A stretch of DNA of 40,482 nucleotides from Escherichia phage vB_EcoP-22664UKE3-2: the sequence record MZ234011.1; one strand, 5' to 3'. The notes under the pieces are model-generated. The model was not told the DNA's origin. It saw only the letters and a program-made list of their open reading frames with translations, and did no database searches. Shown here one piece after another: positions 17,077 to 27,491 of this stretch. The translations under genes were made by a program, and so were the position numbers. Numbering within the stretch: position 1 is the stretch's first letter; each line of letters starts with the position of its first letter.

Positions 17077-18164
17077 TGACAACTATCAAAACTAACCCTC
17101 ACCGCGCTGTAGATTACTCTGAGTCTGGAATTAAGAAGGCACTGGAAGCAGCCGGGTCTCTGGAAGCTGAAGTGAAGTACGATGGTGTGCGCCTGAACCT
17201 CCTGGTACTGCGTGAAGGTGAGACCTACTGGCTTAGCCGCGAGTCGAAACCTCTACCAGCCTTGGAGTGGATGAACTCTGAGTTAGGTAATGCGTGGACC
17301 CAAGCTGACTGGCGATGGTTCCTGCGTCAATCCGGCTACGAAGGTGTGGGCATGATGATTGATGGCGAGGTCATGGTCAAAGGTGTAGACTTCAACACCT
17401 CCTCAGGTCTCATCCGAACGAAGTGGCTCAAGCCTAACAACGAGGAGTTCGCTGAATACTATTCGCCGGCGACTGGTGGAAAGAAGCTCCCGTTCTGGGG
17501 ATCCCGGTCACGACTTCAGGTTGTGGTATATGGCGTTGTCGATATGACAACCATAGCAGACCCGAAAGCAGAAGGTCCTATCCATAGCGTAACCCGCCTG
17601 AAGGCTGAAGCTATCGTCCCTCTCCTCCAGAAATACTTCCCGGAAATCGACTGGGTTCTGTCTGAGTCACACACGGTCTATGACCTTGAGTCGCTCAACT
17701 CCCTGTACGAACAGAAGCGTCTGGAAGGACATGAGGGTCTGGTAGTCAAGGACCCACTGGGTAAGTACAAGCGTGGCAAGAAGTCTGGCATGTGGAAAAT
17801 GAAGCCTGAGGAGACCATCGACGGGACCGTGTGTGGCCTCGTGTGGGGGACTCCTGGTAAGGCTAACGAAGGTAAGGTCATCGGCTTTGAGGTTCTACTG
17901 GAGGATGGCATGGTGGTCAACGCCTGTGGTCTGACTGAAGAACAGAAGGACGAGTTTACGGCTAAGGTCAAGGAGGACACGCTTGCTGCGGTTGGCATCT
18001 TTGCGCCGTACGGCATTGGTGGTAACGAACCTTGCTTCGATAACCCATACGAAGGCTGGCAGTGTGAAGTCCTCTTCATGGAGAGGTTCCCTGATGGCTC
18101 CCTTCGTCACCCCAGCTTCAAGTGCTGGCGTGGAACCGAAGACAACCCAACGGTGAAGTCATGA
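17076..18164 (+). CDS. ATP-dependent DNA ligase (T7 gp1.3-like)
   Basis: IKTNP...EVKYDGVRLN (adenylation KxDG motif)...EGHEGLVVKDP...KRGKKSGMWKMKPE...SLRHPSF parallels T7 ligase; start chosen at the ATG overlapping the gp1.2 stop (the track ORF begins at 17061). Confidence 0.95.
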   Translation: MTTIKTNPHRAVDYSESGIKKALEAAGSLEAEVKYDGVRLNLLVLREGETYWLSRESKPLPALEWMNSELGNAWTQADWRWFLRQSGYEGVGMMIDGEVMVKGVDFNTSSGLIRTKWLKPNNEEFAEYYSPATGGKKLPFWGSRSRLQVVVYGVVDMTTIADPKAEGPIHSVTRLKAEAIVPLLQKYFPEIDWVLSESHTVYDLESLNSLYEQKRLEGHEGLVVKDPLGKYKRGKKSGMWKMKPEETIDGTVCGLVWGTPGKANEGKVIGFEVLLEDGMVVNACGLTEEQKDEFTAKVKEDTLAAVGIFAPYGIGGNEPCFDNPYEGWQCEVLFMERFPDGSLRHPSFKCWRGTEDNPTVKS

Positions 18165-18340
18165 GTACACAACTTTATATCAACATAGCAAGTGGTCAAC
18201 TCTACGCTGTGGTAAATGGCGAGCTGTGGTATCGTAAACTCAAGAAGTGGGCCAAGTCCTACTACGATGAAGAGACAATATCAACCATGAGTAATCGCTA
18301 CCGTAAGGCTGCTAAGGTGAACAACTTTAAGATGCGTTAA
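18161..18340 (+). CDS. Hypothetical protein (59 aa) at the gene 1.4 position
   Basis: ATG overlaps the ligase stop (ATGA); MSTQLYINIASGQLYAVVNGELWYRKLKKWAKSYY... Confidence 0.4.
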   Translation: MSTQLYINIASGQLYAVVNGELWYRKLKKWAKSYYDEETISTMSNRYRKAAKVNNFKMR

Positions 18341-18344
18341 CGTC

Positions 18345-18380
18345 AACCCAGTGGTCTTAGGACTGCTGGGTTTCTTTGCT
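18345..18380 (+). terminator. Putative early transcription terminator (TE-like) after the ligase region
   Basis: Hairpin CCCAGTGGT...ACTGCTGGG followed by TTTCTTTGCTT; position matches T7 TE downstream of gene 1.3. Confidence 0.45.
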
Positions 18381-18399
18381 TCTGGGCCACCAGCTAGAC

Positions 18400-18422
18400 C
18401 CTAAGCTATCACTATAGGACAA
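18400..18422 (+). promoter_or_regulatory. Phage RNAP promoter (CTAAGCTATCACTATAGGACAA)
   Basis: Promoter core with one upstream substitution. Confidence 0.55.
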
Positions 18423-18448
18423 CCCTAACCGACCAAAGGAGAAACCTT

Positions 18449-18703
18449 ATGTCTAAAAACTTAATGTTCAACCGATCTACTCGAAGCTTCCACCTGTCGC
18501 ATAGCCCATTCAGCTTCCATAAAGCTAATCAACCATTACCCCGCTTTGGTAAGACAGTGGCTCTGTCTCCAGCAGTTCATGCGCTAGTCACCCGCAAGTC
18601 TATGCTGAAGGCTATGGATAAAGAACAAGTTGATGTGCCTGTGGTCATTACAAAATGGCCTCGCATTAAGCTGGCACTTCTGGTAATTAAGGAGGCGCTC
18701 TGA
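18449..18703 (+). CDS. gp1.6-like protein (84 aa)
   Basis: RBS AAGGAGA upstream; C-terminal LSPAVHALVTRKSMLKAMDKEQVDVPVVITKWPRIKLALLVIKEAL resembles a T7 gene 1.5/1.6-region protein as I recall it. Confidence 0.5.
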   Translation: MSKNLMFNRSTRSFHLSHSPFSFHKANQPLPRFGKTVALSPAVHALVTRKSMLKAMDKEQVDVPVVITKWPRIKLALLVIKEAL

Positions 18704-19035
18704 TGACATACTGTGATAGCACCACATACTGTGAAGCGTGTAATGGTGACGACCGCTTCCCGCACGTTGGTAAACTTGTAGGTAACAAACTACAAGAAAT
18801 TGATGACGTCCGCAAGCCGTCCCACTATCAGGTCTTTGATAGCGTGGAATCCATTGAGATTATCGCACGGTCAATGACTGTGAGTGAGTTCCGTGGGTTC
18901 TGCATGGGTAACGTCCTGAAGTATCGACTCCGGGCTGGTAAGAAGTCCGAACTGGCTACTATGGAGAAGGACCTGAACAAAGCATCCTTCTATCAGAAGC
19001 TGTTCGACTTGCATAAAGGTAAGTGCTATGCTTAA
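18703..19035 (+). CDS. gp1.7-like protein (nucleotide kinase family), short 110-aa form
   Basis: KPSHYQVFDSVESIEIIARSMTVSEFRGFCMGNVLKYRLRAGKKSELATMEKDLNKASFYQKLFDLHKGKCYA matches the C-terminus of T7 gp1.7 as I recall it; N-terminal CEACNGDDRFPH also matches. Confidence 0.75.
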   Translation: MTYCDSTTYCEACNGDDRFPHVGKLVGNKLQEIDDVRKPSHYQVFDSVESIEIIARSMTVSEFRGFCMGNVLKYRLRAGKKSELATMEKDLNKASFYQKLFDLHKGKCYA

Positions 19036-19115
19036 TGATATTGTGTATTACTGTGTAGTATGCGCCGGAGTTGGAGCACTAATCCTTTTAATATATTGGG
19101 CCATAGAGGTGTAAT

Positions 19116-19214
19116 ATGGAAAAGCCGAGTGAGTGGTGCGAGCGTAAATTTGAGGAGACAGGTAACGTCGATTACCTTCAGCTCTACAACTTATGGAAGG
19201 AGCGTGGTCTATGA
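19116..19214 (+). CDS. Small ORF (32 aa) at the gene 1.8 position
   Basis: Stop overlaps the gp2 start; [32 protein letters not shown]. Confidence 0.3.
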   Translation: MEKPSEWCERKFEETGNVDYLQLYNLWKERGL

Positions 19215-19369
19215 CTGACGTAGAGAAGAAGTACATCGTGGAGCTTGAGGGTCGCATTCAGTCCTTCGAGGTTCCGGTGTACGCAAAGTCTCTTGAAGAG
19301 GCTACCCTGAAGTCCCAAGAGTATGAGGACGCTGGGTTTGTGGTCGGACGGATTCGCCCTGAGACCTAA
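19211..19369 (+). CDS. gp2-like inhibitor of host RNA polymerase (52 aa)
   Basis: Manual translation ...[35 protein letters not shown] matches T7 gp2 ([34 protein letters not shown]). Confidence 0.7.
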   Translation: MTDVEKKYIVELEGRIQSFEVPVYAKSLEEATLKSQEYEDAGFVVGRIRPET

Positions 19370-19387
19370 ACTATCACTGTAGGACAG
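19365..19387 (+). promoter_or_regulatory. Variant phage promoter (CTAAACTATCACTGTAGGACAG) upstream of gene 2.5
   Basis: Promoter core with A to G at -3; may be weaker. Confidence 0.4.
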
Positions 19388-19426
19388 ACGTCCAGTTCGT
19401 AACTTTAAATTAGGAGATTTACACCA

Positions 19427-20125
19427 ATGGCTAAAGAGCAACTGAAGACTTTCACCACTCCGGTAGCTGGTATCGTTGAGCCTTACGCATGGCTGAACAA
19501 AGCAGACACCAAGTTTAATGAACGTGGTGAGCATAAGGTTAACCTGACATTCGACCTGAGCAACCCGAAGGTCCGTAAGATGATTGATGTCTTACAGAAG
19601 ATTCACGACGATGCGTATGCGAAAGCACTCGCAGACCACGAGAAGAACCCACCTCAGGTTCAGCGTGGCAAGAAGCCTATTGAACCACGAGAGGGCGACA
19701 TGCCGTGGATTGAGAATGGTGACGGTACTGTTACCCTGAAGTTTAAATGCTTCGCGTCTTACCTGAAGGATGGTAAGTCAGAGCCTATCGTATTACGGTT
19801 CTACGACACCGATGCTAAGTTAATCCGTGACGTCCCGAATATTGGCGCTGGCTCCAAACTGAAGGTCAAGTTCAAAGTCCTGCCGTTCAAGTGGAACGCT
19901 GCGACTGGTGCAAGCGTTAAGCTCCAGCTTGAGTCCTGCCTTCTGGTAGAACTGAAGGAGTGGAAAGGTGATGGTACTGGTGGCGATGGCGGCTGGGGTG
20001 ATGATGAAGACCTCGGTACTGGCTACAAAGCATCAACCGATGGTGACTTCGGGTCTGATGACTTCGGTGACGATGGTTACGAAGGTGGTGACGACTCCAA
20101 CTCTGGTGGCGATTACGACTTCTAA
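19427..20125 (+). CDS. Single-stranded DNA-binding protein (T7 gp2.5-like)
   Basis: EPYAWLNKAD...RGKKPIEPREGDMPWIENGDGTVTLKFKCFASY...GAGSKLKVKFKVLPFKWNAATGASVKLQLES plus acidic C-terminus ending DYDF, as in T7 gp2.5. Confidence 0.95.
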   Translation: MAKEQLKTFTTPVAGIVEPYAWLNKADTKFNERGEHKVNLTFDLSNPKVRKMIDVLQKIHDDAYAKALADHEKNPPQVQRGKKPIEPREGDMPWIENGDGTVTLKFKCFASYLKDGKSEPIVLRFYDTDAKLIRDVPNIGAGSKLKVKFKVLPFKWNAATGASVKLQLESCLLVELKEWKGDGTGGDGGWGDDEDLGTGYKASTDGDFGSDDFGDDGYEGGDDSNSGGDYDF

Positions 20126-20577
20126 TGGCCCAATGGTCTGCAAAACGGGGGCACTCTGTGGGTGCCTACCGCTCTGGACTTGAAGCCAAGAACCAGCAGT
20201 GGCTGGAACAGAACGGCGTCAAAGCGGAGTACGAAAGCCATTATATCAACTATGTGATTCCGGCTTCCGACCACAAGTACACACCAGATTTTATCCTTCC
20301 CAACGGTATCATCGTGGAGACCAAAGGTATCTTCGATAGTGATGACCGTAAGAAGCACCTTCTGGTACGAGAACAGCACCCAGAGTTAGACATCCGGTTC
20401 GTGTTCTCAAGTTCCCGCTCCAAGCTATACAAAGGGTCTCCGACCACGTATGGCGCATGGTGCGAAAAGAACGGCTATAAGTATGCCGATAAGTTCATCC
20501 CGGTTGAGTGGCTCCGAGAGGCGACTGTACGTCTGCCTTCAGGTATACTCATCCCCAAGAAGAAAGGAGTTAAGTGA
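20125..20577 (+). CDS. Endonuclease I, Holliday-junction resolvase (T7 gp3-like)
   Basis: GAYRSGLEAKN...YVIPASDHKYTPDFILPNGIIVETKGIFDSDDRKKHLLVREQHPELDIRFVFSSSRSKLYKGSPTTYG closely parallels T7 gp3. Confidence 0.95.
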   Translation: MAQWSAKRGHSVGAYRSGLEAKNQQWLEQNGVKAEYESHYINYVIPASDHKYTPDFILPNGIIVETKGIFDSDDRKKHLLVREQHPELDIRFVFSSSRSKLYKGSPTTYGAWCEKNGYKYADKFIPVEWLREATVRLPSGILIPKKKGVK

Positions 20578-21068
20578 TGAGCAAGAAGTTTAAACTGTTA
20601 GTAGATGCGCATGGCTGGCCTAGTGGGACTATAGTTACCAAGTGTGAGAATGACCCCGTACCAGATTCAAGAATGACCCTAGTTGAGTGCCAGACTCCAG
20701 GCGCATACAAACATGGGTCTAACGGCTGCAATACTCAGCCTGAGGGTATGTGGGGAGCATGGGTCCTTAATTGGAAACTTGAGGAAATCAAGCCGGAAGA
20801 GAAACTCACTGGTGTCCAAACCACTCAAGTCCTGCCAGCTTCGAGCGTACCGCCTGTGACTTTGAAGCGTGAAATCCTGACCATCGACAAGATTGGTGTA
20901 GGCCAGACGTTCATCGTCCATGGAAAGCCTGAAGAAGTTTACGTGAAGATTAGCAACTCACACGTCTTCAACCATAAGCATCTCCAGATGCACACCACGG
21001 ACGCACAACGCTTCATCCAGCACCTGAATCTGGTTGTCGTAAAATTGGTGGTGTACAATGGTAAGTAA
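20574..21068 (+). CDS. Hypothetical protein (164 aa) between endonuclease I and lysozyme
   Basis: Start overlaps the gp3 stop; four Cys; T7 has no gene here. Confidence 0.55.
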   Translation: MMSKKFKLLVDAHGWPSGTIVTKCENDPVPDSRMTLVECQTPGAYKHGSNGCNTQPEGMWGAWVLNWKLEEIKPEEKLTGVQTTQVLPASSVPPVTLKREILTIDKIGVGQTFIVHGKPEEVYVKISNSHVFNHKHLQMHTTDAQRFIQHLNLVVVKLVVYNGK

Positions 21069-21516
21069 GGTACAGTTCAATCCACGGTCCCGGACCGACG
21101 CTATCTTCATTCACTGTTCGGCTACCAAGCCAGAGATGGACATCGGGGTAGAGACCATCCGTATGTGGCACAAGCAGCAAGGCTGGCTGGACGTAGGCTA
21201 CCACTTTATCATCAAGCGCGATGGTACTGTGGAAGAGGGACGCCCTGTCAATGTCGTAGGGTCACACGTTAAGGACTGGAACTCACGGTCTGTAGGCGTC
21301 TGCCTTGTAGGTGGAATTGACGCTAAGGGCAAGTTTGAAGCTAACTTCACTCCAGCCCAGATGAACTCCCTGCGCAACAAGCTGGCTGACCTGAAGGACT
21401 TGTATCCTCAGGCAGAAATCAAGGCTCACCACGATGTAGCACCAAAGGCTTGCCCAAGTTTCGACTTGCAGCGCTGGCTTAACACTAACGAACTGGTCAC
21501 TTCCGACCGAGGCTAA
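21058..21516 (+). CDS. Lysozyme / N-acetylmuramoyl-L-alanine amidase (T7 gp3.5-like)
   Basis: DAIFIHCSATKPEMDIGVETIRMWHKQQGWLDVGYHFIIKRDGTVEEGR...HHDVAPKACPSFDLQRWLNTNELVTSDRG is near-identical in motif structure to T7 lysozyme. Confidence 0.95.
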   Translation: MVSKVQFNPRSRTDAIFIHCSATKPEMDIGVETIRMWHKQQGWLDVGYHFIIKRDGTVEEGRPVNVVGSHVKDWNSRSVGVCLVGGIDAKGKFEANFTPAQMNSLRNKLADLKDLYPQAEIKAHHDVAPKACPSFDLQRWLNTNELVTSDRG

Positions 21517-21530
21517 TAAGGAGAATTAAC

Positions 21531-21743
21531 ATGATTAAACTTATTGAATTTCTGGGTCGTCTGGTTGTGCGTGGCTATTCTCGTGCTGCGAGTGTGGAAC
21601 GAAAAGTCGCATCTGCTGCGGCTAAAGGTGCGGAAGCGGCTGCTGCGGAAGCGGATAGTCTGCGCATCAAGTCTCTGGACGCTGGCCTACGTGCCAAAGG
21701 TCTTGACAAGAAAGCCGAGCAACTGAAAGGCTTCTTCAGCTAA
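21531..21743 (+). CDS. Hypothetical protein (70 aa), Ala/Lys-rich
   Basis: ORF with RBS AAGGAGA upstream. Confidence 0.5.
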   Translation: MIKLIEFLGRLVVRGYSRAASVERKVASAAAKGAEAAAAEADSLRIKSLDAGLRAKGLDKKAEQLKGFFS

Positions 21744-21761
21744 ACTATCACCTTAGGGATG
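21739..21761 (+). promoter_or_regulatory. Degenerate promoter-like sequence (CTAAACTATCACCTTAGGGATG)
   Basis: Upstream half matches the promoter core but -4/-3 are changed (CACCTTAGGG vs CACTATAGGG); activity doubtful. Confidence 0.3.
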
Positions 21762-21806
21762 AGACCACGGGTCTTGTCCCTTTGTTCGCATTTGAGATTA
21801 AGAAAT

Positions 21807-21885
21807 GTCTCCATAGCTCAAACGGTAGAGCGGCGGGTCGTGATGGCCTATTGCGATTAGGGTTCGAATCCCCGTGGAGACGCCA
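21807..21885 (+). tRNA. tRNA-like element (degenerate; possible pseudo-tRNA or tRNA-like structure)
   Basis: Perfect 7-bp acceptor stem GTCTCCA/TGGAGAC, D-arm GCTC-AAACGGTA-GAGC, canonical T-loop TTCGAAT in GGTTCGAATCC, discriminator G then CCA; I could not fold a clean anticodon stem and the middle is about 3 nt long. Confidence 0.35.
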
Positions 21886-21896
21886 CTAAGGAGTGA

Positions 21897-23776
<1,880 letters not shown>

Positions 23777-23778
23777 GT

Positions 23779-23823
23779 CTAGACTCAAGGTCATTCATAG
23801 CGAGTGGCCTTTATGATTAGACT
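23779..23823 (+). promoter_or_regulatory. Conserved RNA hairpin, family 2; putative RNase III site upstream of DNA polymerase
   Basis: AGACTCAAGGTCAT...GTGGCCTTTATGATTAG; third copy of the motif. Confidence 0.4.
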
Positions 23824-23840
23824 AAAGCGGAGGATTAACC

Positions 23841-26012
23841 ATGTTTGACCTTAAGAGTATCTGGGGTTCTGACATCGAGACCAACGGTCTCCTTGATACA
23901 GTCTCCCAGTTTCACTGTGGGGTCCTGATTAACGCCGAGTCGAATGAGACCCTTAAGTATGGGGTAGCTCCGATGGTCGGTATCGTCGGCGGCTTCAAAG
24001 AGTATGTTCATAAAGTGGAAGAGATTGCCGCATCACCTGATGGTATGCTGGTATTCCATAACGGTATCAACTATGACGTCCCGGCTATAGACAAGCTGAA
24101 GCGTTTGTACTTTGGGAAACGCTTTAACTTCCCGAAACATAAGATGATTGATACCTTGGTGCTGGGACGCTTGATGTATCCAAACATTAAGTTCTCAGAC
24201 ATGGGCGCGGTGAAAGCTGGTCGTCTGCCACCTAAGATGATGGGACGCCAGTCTCTTGAGGCTTGGGGCTATCGTCTCGGTGAGATGAAAGGTGAGTACA
24301 AACACGATTACGTTGCCAAGTGCAAGGCTGAAGGTATCGAATATAAGGCTGGGGACGAATGGTTGTTCCCGTCTCAGGAGATGCTGGACTATAACGTTCA
24401 AGACGTTGTGGTCACACTGGCGTTGTTCAAGAAGTTCCTGACTGACAAGTATTACTTCCAGTCTGAACAGTTCGCTTTCGACCAGATTTATGCGTTGCGT
24501 CTGGAACATGATGCTGCGTGGACCTGTGCGAAGATGGAGCGTAATGGCTATCCGATGAACACCGAGATGGTCGAAGGCTTATATCGTGAACTCACTGTCA
24601 AACGAGCAGAGTTGCTGGACAAGCTGCGTTCGACTTTCGGTAGCTGGTACGCACCAAAGGGAGGCAAGGAGTTCTTCAGGCATCCACGGACAGGTAAGGA
24701 CCTTCCGAAGTATCCGAGGGTCGTGTATCCTAAGGTCGGTGGCATCTTTAAGAAGCCGAAGAACAAAGCTCAACGCTTAGGTCTTGAACCTTGTGAACGC
24801 GATACGCGAGACACGATGGAAGGAGCACCATTCACGCCAATCACTTACGTTGAGTTTAATCCGGGAAGCGGAGACCACTTAGCGAAAGTCCTGATGGAGC
24901 GTGGCTGGGAGCCTGTTGACTTCACTGACACCGGGAAACCTGTAGTCGATGACGAGACGTTGGAACACGTTAAGTTACCAGACGCAGAGGCTCAGGCTTG
25001 CGTAGAGCTGGTCCGTGAGTATCTGGTAGTCCAGAAGCGCATCGGTCAGGCGGCTGAAGGTAAGAACGCATGGTTGAAACTTGTAGGTCCAGACGGACGT
25101 ATGCACGGCTCAATAAACCCATGCGGGGCAGTAACCGGACGTGCGACCCATAGTTCACCAAACATGGCTCAGGTCCCGGCTAACGGTGCTCCATATGGTG
25201 AGACTTGCCGTGGTGCTTTCGGTGCAGCGTGGAACAAGAAGGACGGTAAGCCAGACCCTTGGATTCAAGTTGGTGTGGATGCCTCAGGTCTTGAGCTTCG
25301 TTGTCTTGGGAACAGAGCGGCTCCGTTTGATGGTGGTGCATATGCGAAGACTGTGGTAGAAGGTGACATCCACTGGGCCAACGCAGTAAACGCTGGGTTA
25401 GCACCTAACGTCCAACGCGATAAGTCTAACCACGACCATGAGGCTTTCCGTAACAACGCTAAGACGTTCATCTACGCGTTCCTGTATGGTGCAGGGGCCG
25501 CTAAGATTGGACTGATAGTAGGCGGTGGTAAGAAGGAAGGTTCAGCGCTCATGAAGAAATTCATTGAGGGTACACCAGCTATCAAGGACCTCAGGGAAGC
25601 TGTAAGTAATACGTTAATCTCAGACTCTAAGTGGGTGGACGGAGAGAACATCGTTAAATGGAAACGCCGTTGGTTGCGTGGACTCGATGGTCGCCGTATA
25701 CACATACGGTCTCCACACTCAGCACTGAACGCATTACTTCAAGGTGATGGTGCGGTAGTATGTAAGCACTGGATTGTTGAGACTGAACGTATGCTCGAAG
25801 AGGCCGGGTATGTCCACGGCTGGGAAGGAGACTTTGCGTACATGGCATGGGTCCACGACGAATTGCAGATTGCAGCTCGGAACATGGAGATTGCCGAAGA
25901 TATTCGCAGGATTGCTCAACTTGCTATGCGTAAGGTGGGTGAGTTCTATAACTTTAAATGTGTCCTTGATACTGAAGGTAAGCTTGGACCAACTTGGAAG
26001 GAGTGTCACTAA
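23841..26012 (+). CDS. DNA polymerase (T7 gp5-like, family A)
   Basis: 723 aa; exonuclease motif DIETNG, FHNG..YDVPA, polymerase motifs (DASGLELRC, KTFIYAFLYGAG, WVHDE), C-terminus DTEGKLGPTWKECH, all parallel to T7 DNAP. Confidence 0.97.
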   Translation: MFDLKSIWGSDIETNGLLDTVSQFHCGVLINAESNETLKYGVAPMVGIVGGFKEYVHKVEEIAASPDGMLVFHNGINYDVPAIDKLKRLYFGKRFNFPKHKMIDTLVLGRLMYPNIKFSDMGAVKAGRLPPKMMGRQSLEAWGYRLGEMKGEYKHDYVAKCKAEGIEYKAGDEWLFPSQEMLDYNVQDVVVTLALFKKFLTDKYYFQSEQFAFDQIYALRLEHDAAWTCAKMERNGYPMNTEMVEGLYRELTVKRAELLDKLRSTFGSWYAPKGGKEFFRHPRTGKDLPKYPRVVYPKVGGIFKKPKNKAQRLGLEPCERDTRDTMEGAPFTPITYVEFNPGSGDHLAKVLMERGWEPVDFTDTGKPVVDDETLEHVKLPDAEAQACVELVREYLVVQKRIGQAAEGKNAWLKLVGPDGRMHGSINPCGAVTGRATHSSPNMAQVPANGAPYGETCRGAFGAAWNKKDGKPDPWIQVGVDASGLELRCLGNRAAPFDGGAYAKTVVEGDIHWANAVNAGLAPNVQRDKSNHDHEAFRNNAKTFIYAFLYGAGAAKIGLIVGGGKKEGSALMKKFIEGTPAIKDLREAVSNTLISDSKWVDGENIVKWKRRWLRGLDGRRIHIRSPHSALNALLQGDGAVVCKHWIVETERMLEEAGYVHGWEGDFAYMAWVHDELQIAARNMEIAEDIRRIAQLAMRKVGEFYNFKCVLDTEGKLGPTWKECH

Positions 26013-26296
26013 TGGCTATTACTAAACGTATTCGTGTGAGTTTTGATCTGAAGATGGTTGCTAACTCAAAGGAAGAAGATACCATGTGTCGCCAACTGGC
26101 TGATATGACTAAAGCCTACGCTGAGGGTGAGAAGCTGGATGGTCTTCAGTTGGCTCTGGTCAAAACCGCAATCGAGTCAGGCCCTGAGTCTGCCCTTGAA
26201 ATTGCCCTCAAGAAGACCATCAAGGAGAAGCTGGTAGACGACTTTGGTTATGGCCAGTTCGGAGTATCTAACCTGCGATTCGAGGTCAAGCAATGA
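26012..26296 (+). CDS. gp5.5-like protein
   Basis: MAITKRIRVSFDL...GLQLALVKTAIESGPES resembles T7 gp5.5 as I recall it; ATG overlaps the polymerase stop (TAATG). Confidence 0.55.
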   Translation: MAITKRIRVSFDLKMVANSKEEDTMCRQLADMTKAYAEGEKLDGLQLALVKTAIESGPESALEIALKKTIKEKLVDDFGYGQFGVSNLRFEVKQ

Positions 26297-26502
26297 GTGA
26301 ATACTTACGGGTCCTAGCGGCCCTTAAGTCCTGCCCGAAGACCTTCCAGTCCAACTATGTGCGCAACAACGCTGCACTTGTGGCTGAGGCTGCGAGTCGT
26401 GGACATCTAAGCTGCCTGTCTATGGATGGGCGTAACAACGGTGCGTGGGAGATTACCGCTGCTGGCACCAAGTTCCTGAACCAACACGGAGGATGCCTGT
26501 GA
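26293..26502 (+). CDS. gp5.7-like protein
   Basis: MSEYLRVLAALKSCPKTFQSNYVRNNAALVAEAASRGHLSCLS...GAWEITAAGTKFL is nearly identical to T7 gp5.7 as I recall it. Confidence 0.8.
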   Translation: MSEYLRVLAALKSCPKTFQSNYVRNNAALVAEAASRGHLSCLSMDGRNNGAWEITAAGTKFLNQHGGCL

Positions 26503-27365
26503 GCGAAAAGAAAATAGCTCTGGTGCTAGACGGTGACTACTTAGTGTTCTCTTCTATGGCTGCTGCCGAGGACGAGACAGACTGGGGTGATGGCATATGG
26601 ACCCTTATCTGCGACCATGAGAAGGCTCGTCGTATCCTTGAGAACACCATCGCTGAAATCGTTAAGAAGCGTAAGGCGTGGAAAGACGCTAAGATTGTGA
26701 TGTGCTTTACTGACGATAACAACTGGCGTAAGGACGTGCTACCTACCTATAAGGCCAATCGTAAAGGTTCCCGCAAGCCTGTAGGTTACAAGAAGTTCGT
26801 AGCCGAAGTGATGGCTGACCCACGGTTCAACAGCTTCCTGCGTCCTACGCTTGAAGGTGATGACTGTATGGGCATCATCGGGACCAGACCTCAGATTGTC
26901 GGCTGTGACCATGCGGTTCTGGTATCCTGCGATAAGGACTTCAAGACCATCCCGAACTGTGAGTTCTTCTGGTTAACCACTGGTGAAATCCTGAGTCATA
27001 CGACTGCTGAGGCAGACTACTGGCACATGGAGCAAACCATCAAGGGTGACACTACAGATGGATACGGTGGCATTCCGGGGATGGGTGAGGACACCACTCG
27101 TGCGTTCCTTGACGAGCCGTACTACTTCGTGCAGGAGAGCCGTGAGCTTAAGACTGGTAAGAACAAAGGCCAGATTAAGACTGAGTGGAAGAAGTATCCA
27201 AAGCGTGAAGACATGACGCTGTGGGACTGCATGGTGACTCTGGCTGCTAAAGCGGGGATGACCGAGGAGGAACTTCTGGTCCAAGCTCAGGTAGCTCGTA
27301 TTTGTCGAGCCTCTGACTACGACCCTAAGTCAAAGGAGGTCATCCTGTGGACACCATCCATGTAA
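26493..27365 (+). CDS. 5'-3' exonuclease (T7 gp6-like)
   Basis: LVLDGDYLVF...YKANRK...KPVGY...CDKDFKTIPNC...TIKGDTTDGYGGIPG...WDC...AKAGMTEEEL parallels T7 gp6; start codon ambiguous (ATG 26493 or GTG 26499). Confidence 0.93.
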   Translation: MPVSEKKIALVLDGDYLVFSSMAAAEDETDWGDGIWTLICDHEKARRILENTIAEIVKKRKAWKDAKIVMCFTDDNNWRKDVLPTYKANRKGSRKPVGYKKFVAEVMADPRFNSFLRPTLEGDDCMGIIGTRPQIVGCDHAVLVSCDKDFKTIPNCEFFWLTTGEILSHTTAEADYWHMEQTIKGDTTDGYGGIPGMGEDTTRAFLDEPYYFVQESRELKTGKNKGQIKTEWKKYPKREDMTLWDCMVTLAAKAGMTEEELLVQAQVARICRASDYDPKSKEVILWTPSM

Positions 27366-27371
27366 TTTACT

Positions 27372-27392
27372 GGGCCGGACTTCTGGCCCTTT
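27372..27392 (+). terminator. Weak hairpin after gene 6 (GGGCCGGACTTCTGGCCC + TTT)
   Basis: GC-rich stem directly visible with a short T tract; function uncertain. Confidence 0.25.
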
Positions 27393-27491
27393 ACTGCATG
27401 TACAAGTGGTTCGGGTCGAACAACCGCCCTAAACACTGAGTCTAACCGATAGTCATATCCTATCAATCCAACAGTCATCCATAGGTGAAAT

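Noticed and set aside
19968-20183. 71-aa + strand ORF overlapping the end of gene 2.5 in another frame
   Set aside because: Generated by the repetitive GGTGATGATGA-type sequence that encodes the acidic tail of the SSB; no RBS.
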